Positions 20,292 through 30,214 of a DNA stretch of 64,000 bases are shown here, piece after piece. Each line of letters starts with the position of its first letter. The first letter of the stretch is position 1. The notes under the pieces are model-generated. The model had not been told where the DNA came from. It did not search any database and saw nothing but the letters and a program-made list of their open reading frames with translations. Origin of the DNA: an uncultured Eubacteriales bacterium (GTDB lineage Bacteria > Acidobacteriota > Aminicenantia > Aminicenantales > Aminicenantaceae); assembly GCA_964429695.1 (NCBI GenBank), contig CAYSCS010000003.1, positions 6,704 to 70,703 on the forward strand. The letters run 5' to 3'. The position numbers and the translations under genes are program-made.

Positions 20292-22442
20292 GTGAGAAAG
20301 TTAATCCCTCCCTTTTTCTTGGGGTTTATTGCCCTCTCTTTTCAGGTATTACTCCTTAGAGAGTTCTTCGCCTATTTTTATGGAAATGAAATCACATCTG
20401 GAATTCTCTTGGGAACATGGCTTTTCTGGGGAGGTATAGGAAGCATCCTAGCCTCAAGAATAAAATTTAGGCCTGAGATATTACCCCTGATGTATTACTT
20501 CACTATCCTTCTCTTCCTTTTTTGTCTTGCAGGGCTGAGGTTTTCGCGCCTTATTCTCAATATTCTGCCCGGGGAATTGACAGGAACAACAACCATTCTC
20601 ATTTATTCAACCTTGCTTTCGCTGCTCATAAGCTTTCCCCTAGGGATGCTCTTTGTCTTCAACACAAGGCTTCTTGAAGGTAATGTTTCGGAAGTTTATT
20701 TTCTAGAGAGTTTAGGTTCGGCTCTAGCCGGAACTTTCGTCTCTCTTTTTTTTGTCCCCACCTTCTCCAATTGGGAAAGCACCGCCCTAATAGGAGCCTT
20801 ATCTTCAATCTTTATTTTCCTTTCCTCAAGAAAAAGAAAACATATCTTCCTTCTCTTACCTCTTTTGATCTTCTTGGCTCTCTTCAGCCTTTTTGATTTC
20901 AAGAGTGAGAAATTATACTGGAACCCTTTCAACCTGATTCAAAGTAAAGACACACCATATGGCAAGCTTCAACTCATAAAAACAGAAGAACAAATTTCCC
21001 TTTACAACAACTCCCTTCTCGAATATTCATACCCTGACCTTCTGGCTGCAGAAGAATCTGTTCATTTCGCCCTTCTTCAGCTCCCTGAGGCTAGGAAGAT
21101 TCTTCTTCTAGGAGGGGGAGCTGGAGGGGGTTTAAAGCAGGTTTTAAAATATCCTCAAGCAGAAGTGGATTATGTTGAAATCGACCCTGAAATCATTCGT
21201 TTTTCTCTGCGCCATCTCCCTCCTGAAGAAAGAAAATCAATCCAAGCACCCCGAGTGAAAGTCTTTTATCAAGACGGAAGAGCCTTTTTAAAAAAAGTAA
21301 GAAAAAAATATGATGCGATAGTTCTCAACCTGCCTGAACCAGCTACGGCTCAGATAAATCGCTTCTACACAAAAGAATTCTTCCAAGAGGCAAGAAAAAA
21401 GCTTTCTTCAGAGGGAATCCTCTCTCTTCGTCTCCCTTCGGCTGAAGATTACATAAGCAGGGAAAGAGGCGATTTTCTTTCAGTCCTCTACCATACTCTA
21501 AAAGAGGTTTTTCCTCATCTTGAAGTAATCCCTGGGGGTACGAATATCTTTCTTGCTTCCTCGCGACCTTTAATCTCAGATGCAGAATCATTCGCTCAAG
21601 CTATGGAGAAGTTAAATCTTCAAAATACATTCATCACCCGCCATTTCCTCCTCTCACGCTTGAGCCCCTTGCGCAAGAAAACTTTAGAAGATTCTATGTT
21701 TTCTCGAGAAAAAAAGATAAATCGAGACCTAACCCCCATAAGCTACTTCTTCAACAATGTGCTCTGGGGAACCCAGTTCAGAGGCATAGAAGGGAAAATT
21801 TTCACTTACCTTTCTCGAATCTCAAGGTTTTGGCTTTTAGATTTCCCCTTAATAATTTTTCTGCTTCTCCTTTCCTGGTTCTGGCAGGGGAGAAAAAGGG
21901 CCTCCTTCTTACTAACCCCCTTAGCTCTCATGGGATTCAGCACTATCACTTTTGAAATCATCGTCCTCATTTCCTTCCAAACCAAATACGGGTATCTTTA
22001 TCAGAGGATAGCACTCCTTCTTGCAAGTTTTATGGCAGGGCTTTCCCTGGGTGCCTTAAGAGGCATGAAGAGGAAAAAAATCTATTTTCCCCTCCTCCCT
22101 CTCATTCAATTTGGGTTTGTTCTCATTTTTTCTTTCTATTCCCTTCTTCTCAATTCCCATCCTCCAGAAACATTTTTCTTTTTAGCCCTAATCCTCATTG
22201 GCTATTTCGGGGGCGACCTGTTTATCATCTCTAACTCGCTCTTCCTTAGAGGGAGTTCAAATTATGGCCTGGGATACGGGCTCGACCTCCTCGGCGCTTT
22301 CTTGGGGGCGCTGGTGTGTTCTTCCCTACTGATACCTCTCCTTGGGCTTCCAATCCTTCTCCGTTATCTTATTCTTATTAATTCATTCTGCGTTCTCTTT
22401 CTCATCTTGGGAATGTGGCGTTTTAAATTCGAAAAAATTTAG
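20292..22442 (+). CDS. Polytopic membrane protein with a central spermidine-synthase-like (aminopropyltransferase-fold) domain.
   Basis: There are about 6 predicted TM helices at the N-terminus and several at the C-terminus. The central soluble domain reads ILLLGGGAGGGLKQVLKYPQAEVDYVEIDPEIIRF...DAIVLNLPEP, the SpeE-type SAM/dcSAM-binding pattern. Confidence 0.75.
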   Translation: MRKLIPPFFLGFIALSFQVLLLREFFAYFYGNEITSGILLGTWLFWGGIGSILASRIKFRPEILPLMYYFTILLFLFCLAGLRFSRLILNILPGELTGTTTILIYSTLLSLLISFPLGMLFVFNTRLLEGNVSEVYFLESLGSALAGTFVSLFFVPTFSNWESTALIGALSSIFIFLSSRKRKHIFLLLPLLIFLALFSLFDFKSEKLYWNPFNLIQSKDTPYGKLQLIKTEEQISLYNNSLLEYSYPDLLAAEESVHFALLQLPEARKILLLGGGAGGGLKQVLKYPQAEVDYVEIDPEIIRFSLRHLPPEERKSIQAPRVKVFYQDGRAFLKKVRKKYDAIVLNLPEPATAQINRFYTKEFFQEARKKLSSEGILSLRLPSAEDYISRERGDFLSVLYHTLKEVFPHLEVIPGGTNIFLASSRPLISDAESFAQAMEKLNLQNTFITRHFLLSRLSPLRKKTLEDSMFSREKKINRDLTPISYFFNNVLWGTQFRGIEGKIFTYLSRISRFWLLDFPLIIFLLLLSWFWQGRKRASFLLTPLALMGFSTITFEIIVLISFQTKYGYLYQRIALLLASFMAGLSLGALRGMKRKKIYFPLLPLIQFGFVLIFSFYSLLLNSHPPETFFFLALILIGYFGGDLFIISNSLFLRGSSNYGLGYGLDLLGAFLGALVCSSLLIPLLGLPILLRYLILINSFCVLFLILGMWRFKFEKI

Positions 22443-22463
22443 CCAAAAAATCGAGGAAGATTC

Positions 22464-22492
22464 TTGACACTCTTTTGAAATTGTGCTTTACT
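22464..22492 (+). promoter_or_regulatory. Candidate sigma70-like promoter upstream of hdrC.
   Basis: The sequence is TTGACA-N17-TTTACT, sitting about 80 nt upstream of the first gene of the 13-gene cluster. The -10 hexamer is weak. Confidence 0.3.
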
Positions 22493-22569
22493 TAAAGGTA
22501 AATTTTTCTGATTTACAAATCCTATAGCGATAATAGGTTTTTAAAACCAGCGCAAAAAGAGATTATTAG

Positions 22570-22977
22570 ATGAGAATTAACTTATCCCAAAAAAAAATAA
22601 GAAATCCATTAGTCCAAAAAGTCCAGGAACTCAGCGGCCAAAACCTTCTTGCCTGCTACCAGTGTGGAAAATGCTCTGCTGGGTGCCCAGCTATCTCTGA
22701 GATGGATATTCTCCCTAACCAGATTATTCGTTATGCTCAACTAGGCCTGAGCGATGAGCTTTTAAGGTCGAAAGCGATCTGGATCTGCGCTTCATGTTTC
22801 ACCTGCAACGCTCGTTGTCCAAAGGGGATTAATATAGCTGAAGTAATAGAAGCCTTGAGACAGATACTCCTCCGCAAGAGGGAGGACCACGTTAAAATTG
22901 AAAAACTCTCTGAGAAGGAAAAGAAAGAAGTCCCTCCCATTGCCCTCATCAGCAGTTTTAGAAAGTTTACTTCCTAA
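22570..22977 (+). CDS. hdrC: Heterodisulfide reductase subunit C-like protein with two [4Fe-4S] clusters.
   Basis: The two cluster motifs are CYQCGKCSAGCP and CASCFTCNARCP. Size and context match HdrC. Confidence 0.8.
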   Translation: MRINLSQKKIRNPLVQKVQELSGQNLLACYQCGKCSAGCPAISEMDILPNQIIRYAQLGLSDELLRSKAIWICASCFTCNARCPKGINIAEVIEALRQILLRKREDHVKIEKLSEKEKKEVPPIALISSFRKFTS

Positions 22978-23037
22978 CGAGAAGCGGGTGTATGGAAAAA
23001 GAAATCATTAATTATTTAATTAAAATAAGGTCTAATA

Positions 23038-23916
23038 ATGAAAATAAGTTATTATCCTGGCTGTACCCTGAAGAACCATGCAAAAAATTTTGAAGATTCA
23101 ACCCTTTGTGCCCTAAAAGCTCTAGGCATAGAAGTCGAAGAACTGCGGCGTTGGAACTGTTGTGGAACAGTTTTTTCCTTAGCCACGGATGATTTAATTC
23201 ATCATCTGGCTCCCATCCGAAACCTCATCAGAGTCAAGGAATCTAATTCTAACCGAGTAATGACCCTCTGCGCCATGTGCTACAATACCTTGAAAAGAGC
23301 GAATGAAAGACTCAAGCAAGACCCAGTAAGCCTCGAAAAAATTAACAAATTCATGTACCTAGAGAAAATCGATTATGAAGGAGATGTGAAAATCTTTCAT
23401 CTTCTAGAATTTTTGAGAGATGAGATAAGCTTCGAGAATATTAAGAAGAAAGTAATTAAGCCCCTGAATAATCTGAAAGTAGCGAATTATTATGGATGTC
23501 TCCTGATAAGACCCAAAGAAATAGGCTTCGATGATGTTGAAAATCCTGTGATAATGGAGAATTTAATGCTTTCCCTGGGCGCTACACCCATAGATTTTCC
23601 TTACAAAACAGAGTGCTGTGCAGCCTATCAGACTGTTGACAAACCAGAAATTGTGGCAGAGAGAACCTTCCAGATCATCACTGCGGCACGGCTCCACGGA
23701 GCTGAAGTCCTAGCAGTGAGCTGTCCTCTCTGCGCCTTCAACCTCGACCAAAGGCAGAAAAAAACCCTGGAGAAATATCCTGATTTTAAAATTACCCCAG
23801 TCCTTTATTTCACGCAGCTCATGGCCATAGCACTCGGTTGCAAGGAAAATGAACTGAGATTAGACCTCCATTATATAGACCCTAAGCCTATTCTTGAAGA
23901 AAAAGGTCTGATATGA
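23038..23916 (+). CDS. hdrB: Heterodisulfide reductase subunit B-like protein with two CCG domains.
   Basis: WNCCGT..., YYGCLL... and ECCAAY are the hallmark CCG-domain Cys patterns. Confidence 0.85.
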   Translation: MKISYYPGCTLKNHAKNFEDSTLCALKALGIEVEELRRWNCCGTVFSLATDDLIHHLAPIRNLIRVKESNSNRVMTLCAMCYNTLKRANERLKQDPVSLEKINKFMYLEKIDYEGDVKIFHLLEFLRDEISFENIKKKVIKPLNNLKVANYYGCLLIRPKEIGFDDVENPVIMENLMLSLGATPIDFPYKTECCAAYQTVDKPEIVAERTFQIITAARLHGAEVLAVSCPLCAFNLDQRQKKTLEKYPDFKITPVLYFTQLMAIALGCKENELRLDLHYIDPKPILEEKGLI

Positions 23917-23923
23917 GGCTCAA

Positions 23924-24199
23924 ATGATTTACTTTGGAGATTTAAAAGAGAAAAAGGGAAAAATCCATATCAACAGGGATAGATGCAAAGGATGCGGATT
24001 TTGTGTGGAATATTGCCCTAGAGATGTGCTCGAAATGTCAGACGAATTCAACATCAAAGGATATCATCCTCCCTTTGTCAAAAACGAGGAAAAATGCCTC
24101 TATTGTCAACTTTGCGAGGCAATATGTCCTGAATTTGCCATATTTGTGACTCTCAAGAAAGAGGAGGAAGAAGGTGAAAAAGGTGAAAGCCGACCCTAA
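23924..24199 (+). CDS. korD: 2-oxoacid:ferredoxin oxidoreductase delta subunit (2x[4Fe-4S] ferredoxin).
   Basis: It is 91 aa with the motifs CKGCGFCVEYCP and CLYCQLCEAICP, immediately upstream of the alpha, beta and gamma subunits. Confidence 0.7.
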   Translation: MIYFGDLKEKKGKIHINRDRCKGCGFCVEYCPRDVLEMSDEFNIKGYHPPFVKNEEKCLYCQLCEAICPEFAIFVTLKKEEEEGEKGESRP

Positions 24200-25340
24200 G
24201 GGAGTCTTAACAGGCTCACATTACTTAGACGGAGATTATGCCATCGCCGAAGGAGCCCTTGCTGCAGGTTGTCGCTTTTTTGCTGGTTATCCTATTACTC
24301 CCTCCACTGAGACGGCTGAACGGTTTGCCGAAAGGATTCCGATGGTGGGAGGGATTTTCATTCAGATGGAAGACGAAATTGCCTCCATAGCAGCCCTGAT
24401 TGGAGCAGTATGGGGCGGGATGAAAGCTATGACGGTGACCTCAGGACCAGGATTCTCGTTAATGATGGAGAACATAGGGCTCGCCTGTATGCTGGAAACC
24501 CCTCTTGTCATCGCCAATGTCCAGAGAGGAGGACCCTCCACCGGGCTTCCTACTCTTACCGGGCAGCAGGACATGATGCAAGTAAGATGGGGTTCCCACG
24601 GTGACTATGAAATAATTGCACTTTCTCCTGATTCCCCTCAGGAATGCTTCGACCTTACCATAAAAGCTTTCAATCTTTCTGAAATGTACAGGGTGCCAAC
24701 CTTCATCATGACCGATGAATGTGTGGGGCACATGCATGAGAAGGTAGTCATCCCTCCTGCTGAAGAAATAGAGCTTGTAGAAAGGAAATGGTACACCGGC
24801 CCCAAGGATAAATATCTTCCTTTTAAACCTGATAAAGATATGATTCCTTTCATGGTTAAAGTAGGGGAAGGTTATCGCTTTCACATCACAGGACTCACCC
24901 ATGATGAGAGAGGCTATCCAGTGATTAATGCCGAATGCCAGAATAAATGTGTCCCTCACTTGGTGGATAAAATAAAGCTCAATGCAGAAAAAATAATCGA
25001 GTTTCAAGAAGATGAAACCGATGACGCAGAGGTTGTTGTGGTCTCCTATGGGATAACTTCTCGGGTTTCTATAAGAGCCGTTCAACAAGCCCGAAAAGCA
25101 GGCATAAAGGTAGGAACACTGAGGTTGATTACTGTCTGGCCTTTCCCTGAAAGAAGAATAAGAGAGCTAGCAGGAAAAATAAAGGCCTTTGTGGTTCCAG
25201 AAATCAACTATGGTCAAATGGTCTATGAAGTAGAAAGATGCGCCGCAGGTAAAGCTTCTGTGTACCATGTACCCCACTGCGGTGGTTGGGTTCACGACCC
25301 CAAAGATATTTTCAAGGTTATCAAGGAGGCAGCAAAATGA
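24174..25340 (+). CDS. korA: 2-oxoacid:ferredoxin oxidoreductase alpha subunit.
   Basis: This 388-aa protein has the POR/KOR alpha fold signature (GYPITPSTE, GFSLMMENIGLACMLETPLV). It overlaps the delta and beta genes. Confidence 0.85.
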   Translation: MKKVKADPKGVLTGSHYLDGDYAIAEGALAAGCRFFAGYPITPSTETAERFAERIPMVGGIFIQMEDEIASIAALIGAVWGGMKAMTVTSGPGFSLMMENIGLACMLETPLVIANVQRGGPSTGLPTLTGQQDMMQVRWGSHGDYEIIALSPDSPQECFDLTIKAFNLSEMYRVPTFIMTDECVGHMHEKVVIPPAEEIELVERKWYTGPKDKYLPFKPDKDMIPFMVKVGEGYRFHITGLTHDERGYPVINAECQNKCVPHLVDKIKLNAEKIIEFQEDETDDAEVVVVSYGITSRVSIRAVQQARKAGIKVGTLRLITVWPFPERRIRELAGKIKAFVVPEINYGQMVYEVERCAAGKASVYHVPHCGGWVHDPKDIFKVIKEAAK

Positions 25341-26209
25341 AAGAAGAAGATCGCCTCGAAGAAAGAAATCCAATTGAAGATTTCCTCAGGATGGACAGAA
25401 TTCCCCATATTTGGTGTCCGGGCTGCGGGATTGGAACTGTTGTCAGCTCCTTTGCTGAAGCGCTTCGCAAGAGCAAGCTTAATCTGGATAAAGTAGCCAT
25501 TCTTTCGGGAATCGGGTGCACAGGCCGGGTGGCTGGATACGTCAAACTCGACTCCATCCACACCACCCATGGCCGAGCCATTCCTGTAGCCACAGGAGTG
25601 AAGCTGGCGAATCCTGAGCTCAAGGTTGTTGTCTTTAGTGGAGACGGAGACATAGTAGGAATTGGAGGAAACCATTTCATTCACGCAGCAAGGAGAAACA
25701 TGGACCTCATCGTCATCTGTGTCAATAATTTCAATTACGCGATGACAGGAGGACAGGTAGCAGCTACGACTCCCATCTTAGCCAATCTTTCCACAGCACC
25801 TTACGGGAATTTCGAATATCCCTTCAATCTCCCCTATCTCGCCGAGGCTTCAGGTGCTACCTATGTGGCTCGCTGGACAGCACTCCACTTAAGACGAGTG
25901 ACCAAATCCATTCAAGAAGCCTTGGAACACAGAGGCTTTTCCTTTATAGAGGTCATCACTCCCTGTGTGACCCTTTATGCAAGAAGAAACCGGCTTGGGG
26001 ATGGGCTGAATCTTCTCAAATACTACTATGAGAATTCAGAAATACAACACGGAGCAGATACGCGTACTCTGGATATTTCCTACCAGGGGAAAATCATCGT
26101 GGGTAAATTCGTCCACAAGCAAAAGCCCACTTTCCTTGATTGTATGAATGAGCATCTCTCCAAAGTGTTGGGAAATAAATATAAACCCTATGGAGTAAGC
26201 CATGACTGA
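25337..26209 (+). CDS. korB: 2-oxoacid:ferredoxin oxidoreductase beta subunit (TPP-binding).
   Basis: WCPGCGIG is near the N-terminus, and the TPP motif GCTGRV...VVFSGDGD is present. I prefer the Met at 25337 (RBS AAGGAGG, ATGA overlap with the korA stop) to the longer 25286 track ORF. Confidence 0.85.
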   Translation: MKEEDRLEERNPIEDFLRMDRIPHIWCPGCGIGTVVSSFAEALRKSKLNLDKVAILSGIGCTGRVAGYVKLDSIHTTHGRAIPVATGVKLANPELKVVVFSGDGDIVGIGGNHFIHAARRNMDLIVICVNNFNYAMTGGQVAATTPILANLSTAPYGNFEYPFNLPYLAEASGATYVARWTALHLRRVTKSIQEALEHRGFSFIEVITPCVTLYARRNRLGDGLNLLKYYYENSEIQHGADTRTLDISYQGKIIVGKFVHKQKPTFLDCMNEHLSKVLGNKYKPYGVSHD

Positions 26210-26792
26210 GATAAGGTTTTCAGGTTTTGGAGGACAGGGAATAATTCGCTGTGGCTTGATAGCCGGAAAGGCACTTTCTCTCTTCGATAATAAGCATGCC
26301 ACAATGACTCAAAGCTTCGGTCCTGAGGCAAGGGGAAGTGCATGTAGCTCTCAGCTTGTCGTCTCTGAGGACCGTGTCCTTTATCCTTACATCACCAGAC
26401 CTGAAATCCTCGTAGCCATGTCTCAGGAAGCCTATGATAAATATGAGCCAGAGCTTCGAGAAGGAGGTATTCTAATCATAGACAGGGACCTAGTTAAACC
26501 CAAGGCCTCCAAGAGAAATATCAAGATTTATTCCATACCTTCCACTCGTTTTGCTGAAGAACTTGGTAACCGCATCATAGCTAACTTAGTCATGCTTGGG
26601 TTTTTCACTGCAATCACAGGGGTTGTCTCTCCAGAGGCCATGAAAAAGGCCCTTCCTGGACTTGTTCCCCAAAGATTTCTCGACCTTAACATCAAAGCGT
26701 TTGAAAAAGGTTACGATTATGGAATGGAAGTCCTCGCCGCAGAGAAGGACACGGAAAAGAAATCTCAGAAGAAAGAAAAGCCTCAGACCTGA
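26202..26792 (+). CDS. korC: 2-oxoacid:ferredoxin oxidoreductase gamma subunit.
   Basis: This 196-aa protein has a POR/KOR gamma-like N-terminus, IRFSGFGGQGIIRCGLIAGKA. Confidence 0.8.
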   Translation: MTEIRFSGFGGQGIIRCGLIAGKALSLFDNKHATMTQSFGPEARGSACSSQLVVSEDRVLYPYITRPEILVAMSQEAYDKYEPELREGGILIIDRDLVKPKASKRNIKIYSIPSTRFAEELGNRIIANLVMLGFFTAITGVVSPEAMKKALPGLVPQRFLDLNIKAFEKGYDYGMEVLAAEKDTEKKSQKKEKPQT

Positions 26793-26806
26793 GGGAGAGG
26801 ATTAAG

Positions 26807-28753
26807 ATGAGGAGAACTGGAGTATTTGTTTGTCATTGTGGAATAAACATCGCAGGAACAGTAGATGTTAAAAAGGTAGCCAAAGAGCTCTCCACCCATC
26901 CCAATGTGGTTCATTCTGAAGACTACGTTTATATGTGTTCTGACCCCGGCCAAAACTTAATCAGCAATGCCATTAAACAAAAAAAACTCGATAGCGTAGT
27001 GGTCGCCTGCTGTTCCCCTACCCTTCACGAATCAACCTTCAGAAACTGCGTTAAATCAGCCGGAGTAAATCCTTTCCATTGTGAAATAGCAAATATTCGT
27101 GAACAATGCAGCTGGGTCCATAAAGAGATGGAAAAGGCGACAAGTAAGGCCATAAAAATAACTAGAAGCACCGTGGAGAAAGTGACGCGCAACGAGCCCC
27201 TTGAACCAATAAGTGTCCCAGTGACCAAAAGGGCACTGGTAATTGGAGGAGGAATCGCAGGTATTCAGGCCTCGCTCGACCTTGCTAACAGCGGTTTCGA
27301 GGTTGTTCTTGTCGAAAGGTCACCCTCCATTGGAGGGCACATGATCCAGCTCTCAGAAACATTTCCTACCCTTGATTGTTCTCAATGCATCCTGACACCA
27401 AAGATGGTGGAAGTCGCCAAACATCCTAAGATAAAACTAATGACCTACAGTGAGGTTCAGGAAGTCTCGGGATATGTAGGAAACTTCAGGGTCAAAATAC
27501 TCAAGAAACCCACCTACGTGGATCCCGATAAATGTACCCTCTGCGATGAATGTACTAAAGTCTGCCCTGTAGTCACAGAAAATGAATTCGACTTAGGCCT
27601 CACTGGCCGTCGCGCCATATATATCCCATTTCCTCAGGCCATCCCTGCCTCTTATACCTTGGACATAAACTCCTGCCCCGGTCTTTTGCCCATTGCTTGT
27701 GGAAAGTGTGCCGATGTCTGTGAGCCAAAAGCCATAGATTACGACATGAAGCCAAAAATCATAGAAATGGATTTTGGGGCCATAATTGTCGCTACCGGTT
27801 ACGACCTCTATGGAAAGGAAAACATGGCAGAATACGGTTATGGAAAGTACCCTGATGTCATAGATGGCCTTCAATTCGAGAGACTCTGTTCTGCTTCAGG
27901 CCCAACGAAAGGAAAAATTCTCCGCCCTTCTGATCATAAAGAACCCAAAGAAGTAGTCTTCATTCAGTGTGTAGGCTCTCGCGACCCTGAAATGCATTGC
28001 TCCTATTGCTCAAAGATTTGCTGCATGTACACGGCGAAACATGCCATGCTCTATAAGCATCATGTTCCAGATGGCCAGGCTTATATCTTCTACATAGACA
28101 TAAGGTCTGGGGGGAAGGGGTATGAAGAGTTTGTTCAGAGGGCAGTGGAAGAAGATAGTGTCCTGTATCTTCGCGGTAAAGTCTCCAAAATATTTGAAGA
28201 AAGAGGAAAGATAAGGGTCTGGGGCGTAGACACCTTATCCGGAAAAGACATCGAAATAGACGCCGACATGGTGGTTCTGGCCATGGCCATGAGACCCTCA
28301 AAAGGAGCAGAAGAATTAGCCAAGAAACTAAAGATTGCGCTGGATAAGGATGGTTTTCTTGCCGAGGCCCATCCCAAACTAAGACCTGTGGAAAGTGTTA
28401 CCTCTGGGGTTTTCCTCGCTGGCGCAGCCCAAGCTCCTAAAGATATTCCAGAGGCCGTTGCTCAAGCAAGCGGCGCAGCCTCAAAGGCAATAGCCATATT
28501 ATCCCAGGAAAGGCTATTCCATTCTCCCACTGTGGCCAAAGTCAACACAAATCTCTGCACAGGTTGTGGAATGTGCGTCTCTGTATGTCCCTATGAAGCC
28601 CTCTCCCTTAAAGATGGAAAGGTGGAAGTAAAAGAAGTTCTTTGCGAAGGATGTGGAACATGTTCAGCAACATGCCTGAGGGCAGCGATTCAGGTAAAAA
28701 ACCTGACGCCAAGACAAGTCTACGATATGATTAACGCCTCCCTCGGAGGATGA
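26807..28753 (+). CDS. hdrA: Heterodisulfide reductase subunit A-like flavo-iron-sulfur protein.
   Basis: It has the typical HdrA start MRRTGVFVCHCGINIAGTVD, the FAD motif VIGGGIAGIQASLDLA, several CxxCxxCxxxCP clusters and the inserted ferredoxin domain. Confidence 0.9.
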   Translation: MRRTGVFVCHCGINIAGTVDVKKVAKELSTHPNVVHSEDYVYMCSDPGQNLISNAIKQKKLDSVVVACCSPTLHESTFRNCVKSAGVNPFHCEIANIREQCSWVHKEMEKATSKAIKITRSTVEKVTRNEPLEPISVPVTKRALVIGGGIAGIQASLDLANSGFEVVLVERSPSIGGHMIQLSETFPTLDCSQCILTPKMVEVAKHPKIKLMTYSEVQEVSGYVGNFRVKILKKPTYVDPDKCTLCDECTKVCPVVTENEFDLGLTGRRAIYIPFPQAIPASYTLDINSCPGLLPIACGKCADVCEPKAIDYDMKPKIIEMDFGAIIVATGYDLYGKENMAEYGYGKYPDVIDGLQFERLCSASGPTKGKILRPSDHKEPKEVVFIQCVGSRDPEMHCSYCSKICCMYTAKHAMLYKHHVPDGQAYIFYIDIRSGGKGYEEFVQRAVEEDSVLYLRGKVSKIFEERGKIRVWGVDTLSGKDIEIDADMVVLAMAMRPSKGAEELAKKLKIALDKDGFLAEAHPKLRPVESVTSGVFLAGAAQAPKDIPEAVAQASGAASKAIAILSQERLFHSPTVAKVNTNLCTGCGMCVSVCPYEALSLKDGKVEVKEVLCEGCGTCSATCLRAAIQVKNLTPRQVYDMINASLGG

Positions 28754-29178
28754 AGATGAGAGAAGATTTTGAGCCAAAAATTATGGCATTCCTCTGCAAA
28801 TGGTGTTCCTCGGCAGGAAGTGACCTCGCTGGAGTCTCTCGGATGGAATATCCGCCCAACGCAGTCCCAATTACTGTGATGTGCTCGGGAAGTGTCTCAC
28901 CCCTATACATTTTCAATGCCTTCAAAAGAGGGGCAGATGGAGTGCTTGTCTCAGGTTGTCATCCTGGTGATTGCCATTATATAAAAGGAAACTATTATGC
29001 ACGCCGAAGAATAGCCCTCGTGAAGAAACTCCTTGAATTCATAGGCCTTGAACCCCAGAGGTTCCAAATGTCTTGGGTTTCCGCAGCTGAAGGCCTCAAG
29101 TATACCCAGATAATCAAGGACTTCGTAAAAGAAATAAAACCCCTTGGACCCCAAACTAAGCTGAGGAGAGAAAAGTAA
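28750..29178 (+). CDS. mvhD: MvhD/FlxD-like protein (methyl-viologen-reducing hydrogenase delta-subunit family).
   Basis: MAFLCKWCSSAG...MCSGSVSPLYIFNAFKRGADGVLVSGCHPGDCHY is the canonical MvhD motif set. Confidence 0.85.
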   Translation: MKMREDFEPKIMAFLCKWCSSAGSDLAGVSRMEYPPNAVPITVMCSGSVSPLYIFNAFKRGADGVLVSGCHPGDCHYIKGNYYARRRIALVKKLLEFIGLEPQRFQMSWVSAAEGLKYTQIIKDFVKEIKPLGPQTKLRREK

Positions 29179-30209
29179 TGGTTAATCCTGAGGAACTTAA
29201 AAATGAAGCCAAGAAAGCACTGAAAGAAGGGAAAGTAAAATACATCATCGGATATAGAAAAAAACCAGAAGAATCAATGGCTACCCCAGCCTTCATCAGG
29301 AGAGCCGAAGATTCAGAAATTCTTATTTGGGATCCAACGTGCGTTCACAATCTAGTTCGATTCCTGAGTGATGAGAAGAGGAGAAGAAAGAGAGAAAAAA
29401 ACCCTGAACAAAGGCCTGTGGGGATAGTGATAAAAGGCTGCGACAGCCGGGCGATAAACGTGCTTCTCCAGGAGAAATTCATAGCCCGAGAAGATGTTTA
29501 CCTCATCGGCATTTCCTGTGAGGACAATGGAGTTATAGATGAGAAAAAATTACGAAAAAAACTAAACGGGAGAAAAGCCAAAAGAGTCGATTTCAAAGAA
29601 GGACAAGAATTAATCATCGAAACTGAGGAAGGCAAAATTTTCCTTCCTGCCAAGGAAATCCTCGCTGAAAGATGTCTTGAATGCAAAGTTAATTTCCCCA
29701 TAGTATACGATGTTCTTTTAGGGGATAAAACAAAGCGAAAGCCAGAGAAAGAATTCGCTTCAGTTGAAAAATTCGATTCACTCTCAACCTCCCAAAAATG
29801 GGATTTCTGGAAGAATCAACTCGAGAAGTGTATCCGCTGCTATGCTTGCCGGTCTGTTTGTCCCATGTGCTACTGCGATGAATGTGTAGTGGACACCATA
29901 AGCTTTGCCGTGAGCGCGGATACAACGGCAGAGGAAAAGGCAAATAAAATTAAATGGATAGAAAAATCTCCAGTCCTCTCGGAAAACATTGTCTATCATA
30001 TGGTCAGAGCAATCCATCTTGCGGGTCGATGCGTTGACTGCGGAGAGTGCGAAAGAGCATGCCCTGTAAACATCCCCTTGCGTCTTTTGAATAATAAAAT
30101 GGAAAAAGAAGCCAAAGAGCTCTTCGGGTATGAAGCAGGTCTTGATTCTCAACAACCATCCCTCGTTGCCTGTTTCAGAGATGAGGACCCGCAAGATTTT
30201 ATCAGGTAA
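29178..30209 (+). CDS. Fe-S oxidoreductase subunit, AsrA/HydB (sulfhydrogenase-beta)/FlxC-like.
   Basis: CIRCYACRSVCPMCYCDEC and CVDCGECERACP are two [4Fe-4S] motifs whose spacing matches the AsrA/HydB family. It is a paralog of the next gene. Confidence 0.55.
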   Translation: MVNPEELKNEAKKALKEGKVKYIIGYRKKPEESMATPAFIRRAEDSEILIWDPTCVHNLVRFLSDEKRRRKREKNPEQRPVGIVIKGCDSRAINVLLQEKFIAREDVYLIGISCEDNGVIDEKKLRKKLNGRKAKRVDFKEGQELIIETEEGKIFLPAKEILAERCLECKVNFPIVYDVLLGDKTKRKPEKEFASVEKFDSLSTSQKWDFWKNQLEKCIRCYACRSVCPMCYCDECVVDTISFAVSADTTAEEKANKIKWIEKSPVLSENIVYHMVRAIHLAGRCVDCGECERACPVNIPLRLLNNKMEKEAKELFGYEAGLDSQQPSLVACFRDEDPQDFIR

Positions 30210-30214
30210 GAAAG

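Noticed and set aside
24459-25088. The 209-aa minus-strand ORF antisense to korA, and similar antisense ORFs (e.g. 5427-5849, 7198-7635, 33272-33760, 29784-30194).
   Set aside because: They lie entirely within well-supported sense genes and lack start-site signals, as expected for shadow ORFs.
25286-25336. The upstream start (25286) for the KOR beta subunit.
   Set aside because: The internal Met at 25337 has a perfect AAGGAGG RBS, an ATGA stop/start overlap with korA and homology beginning there.
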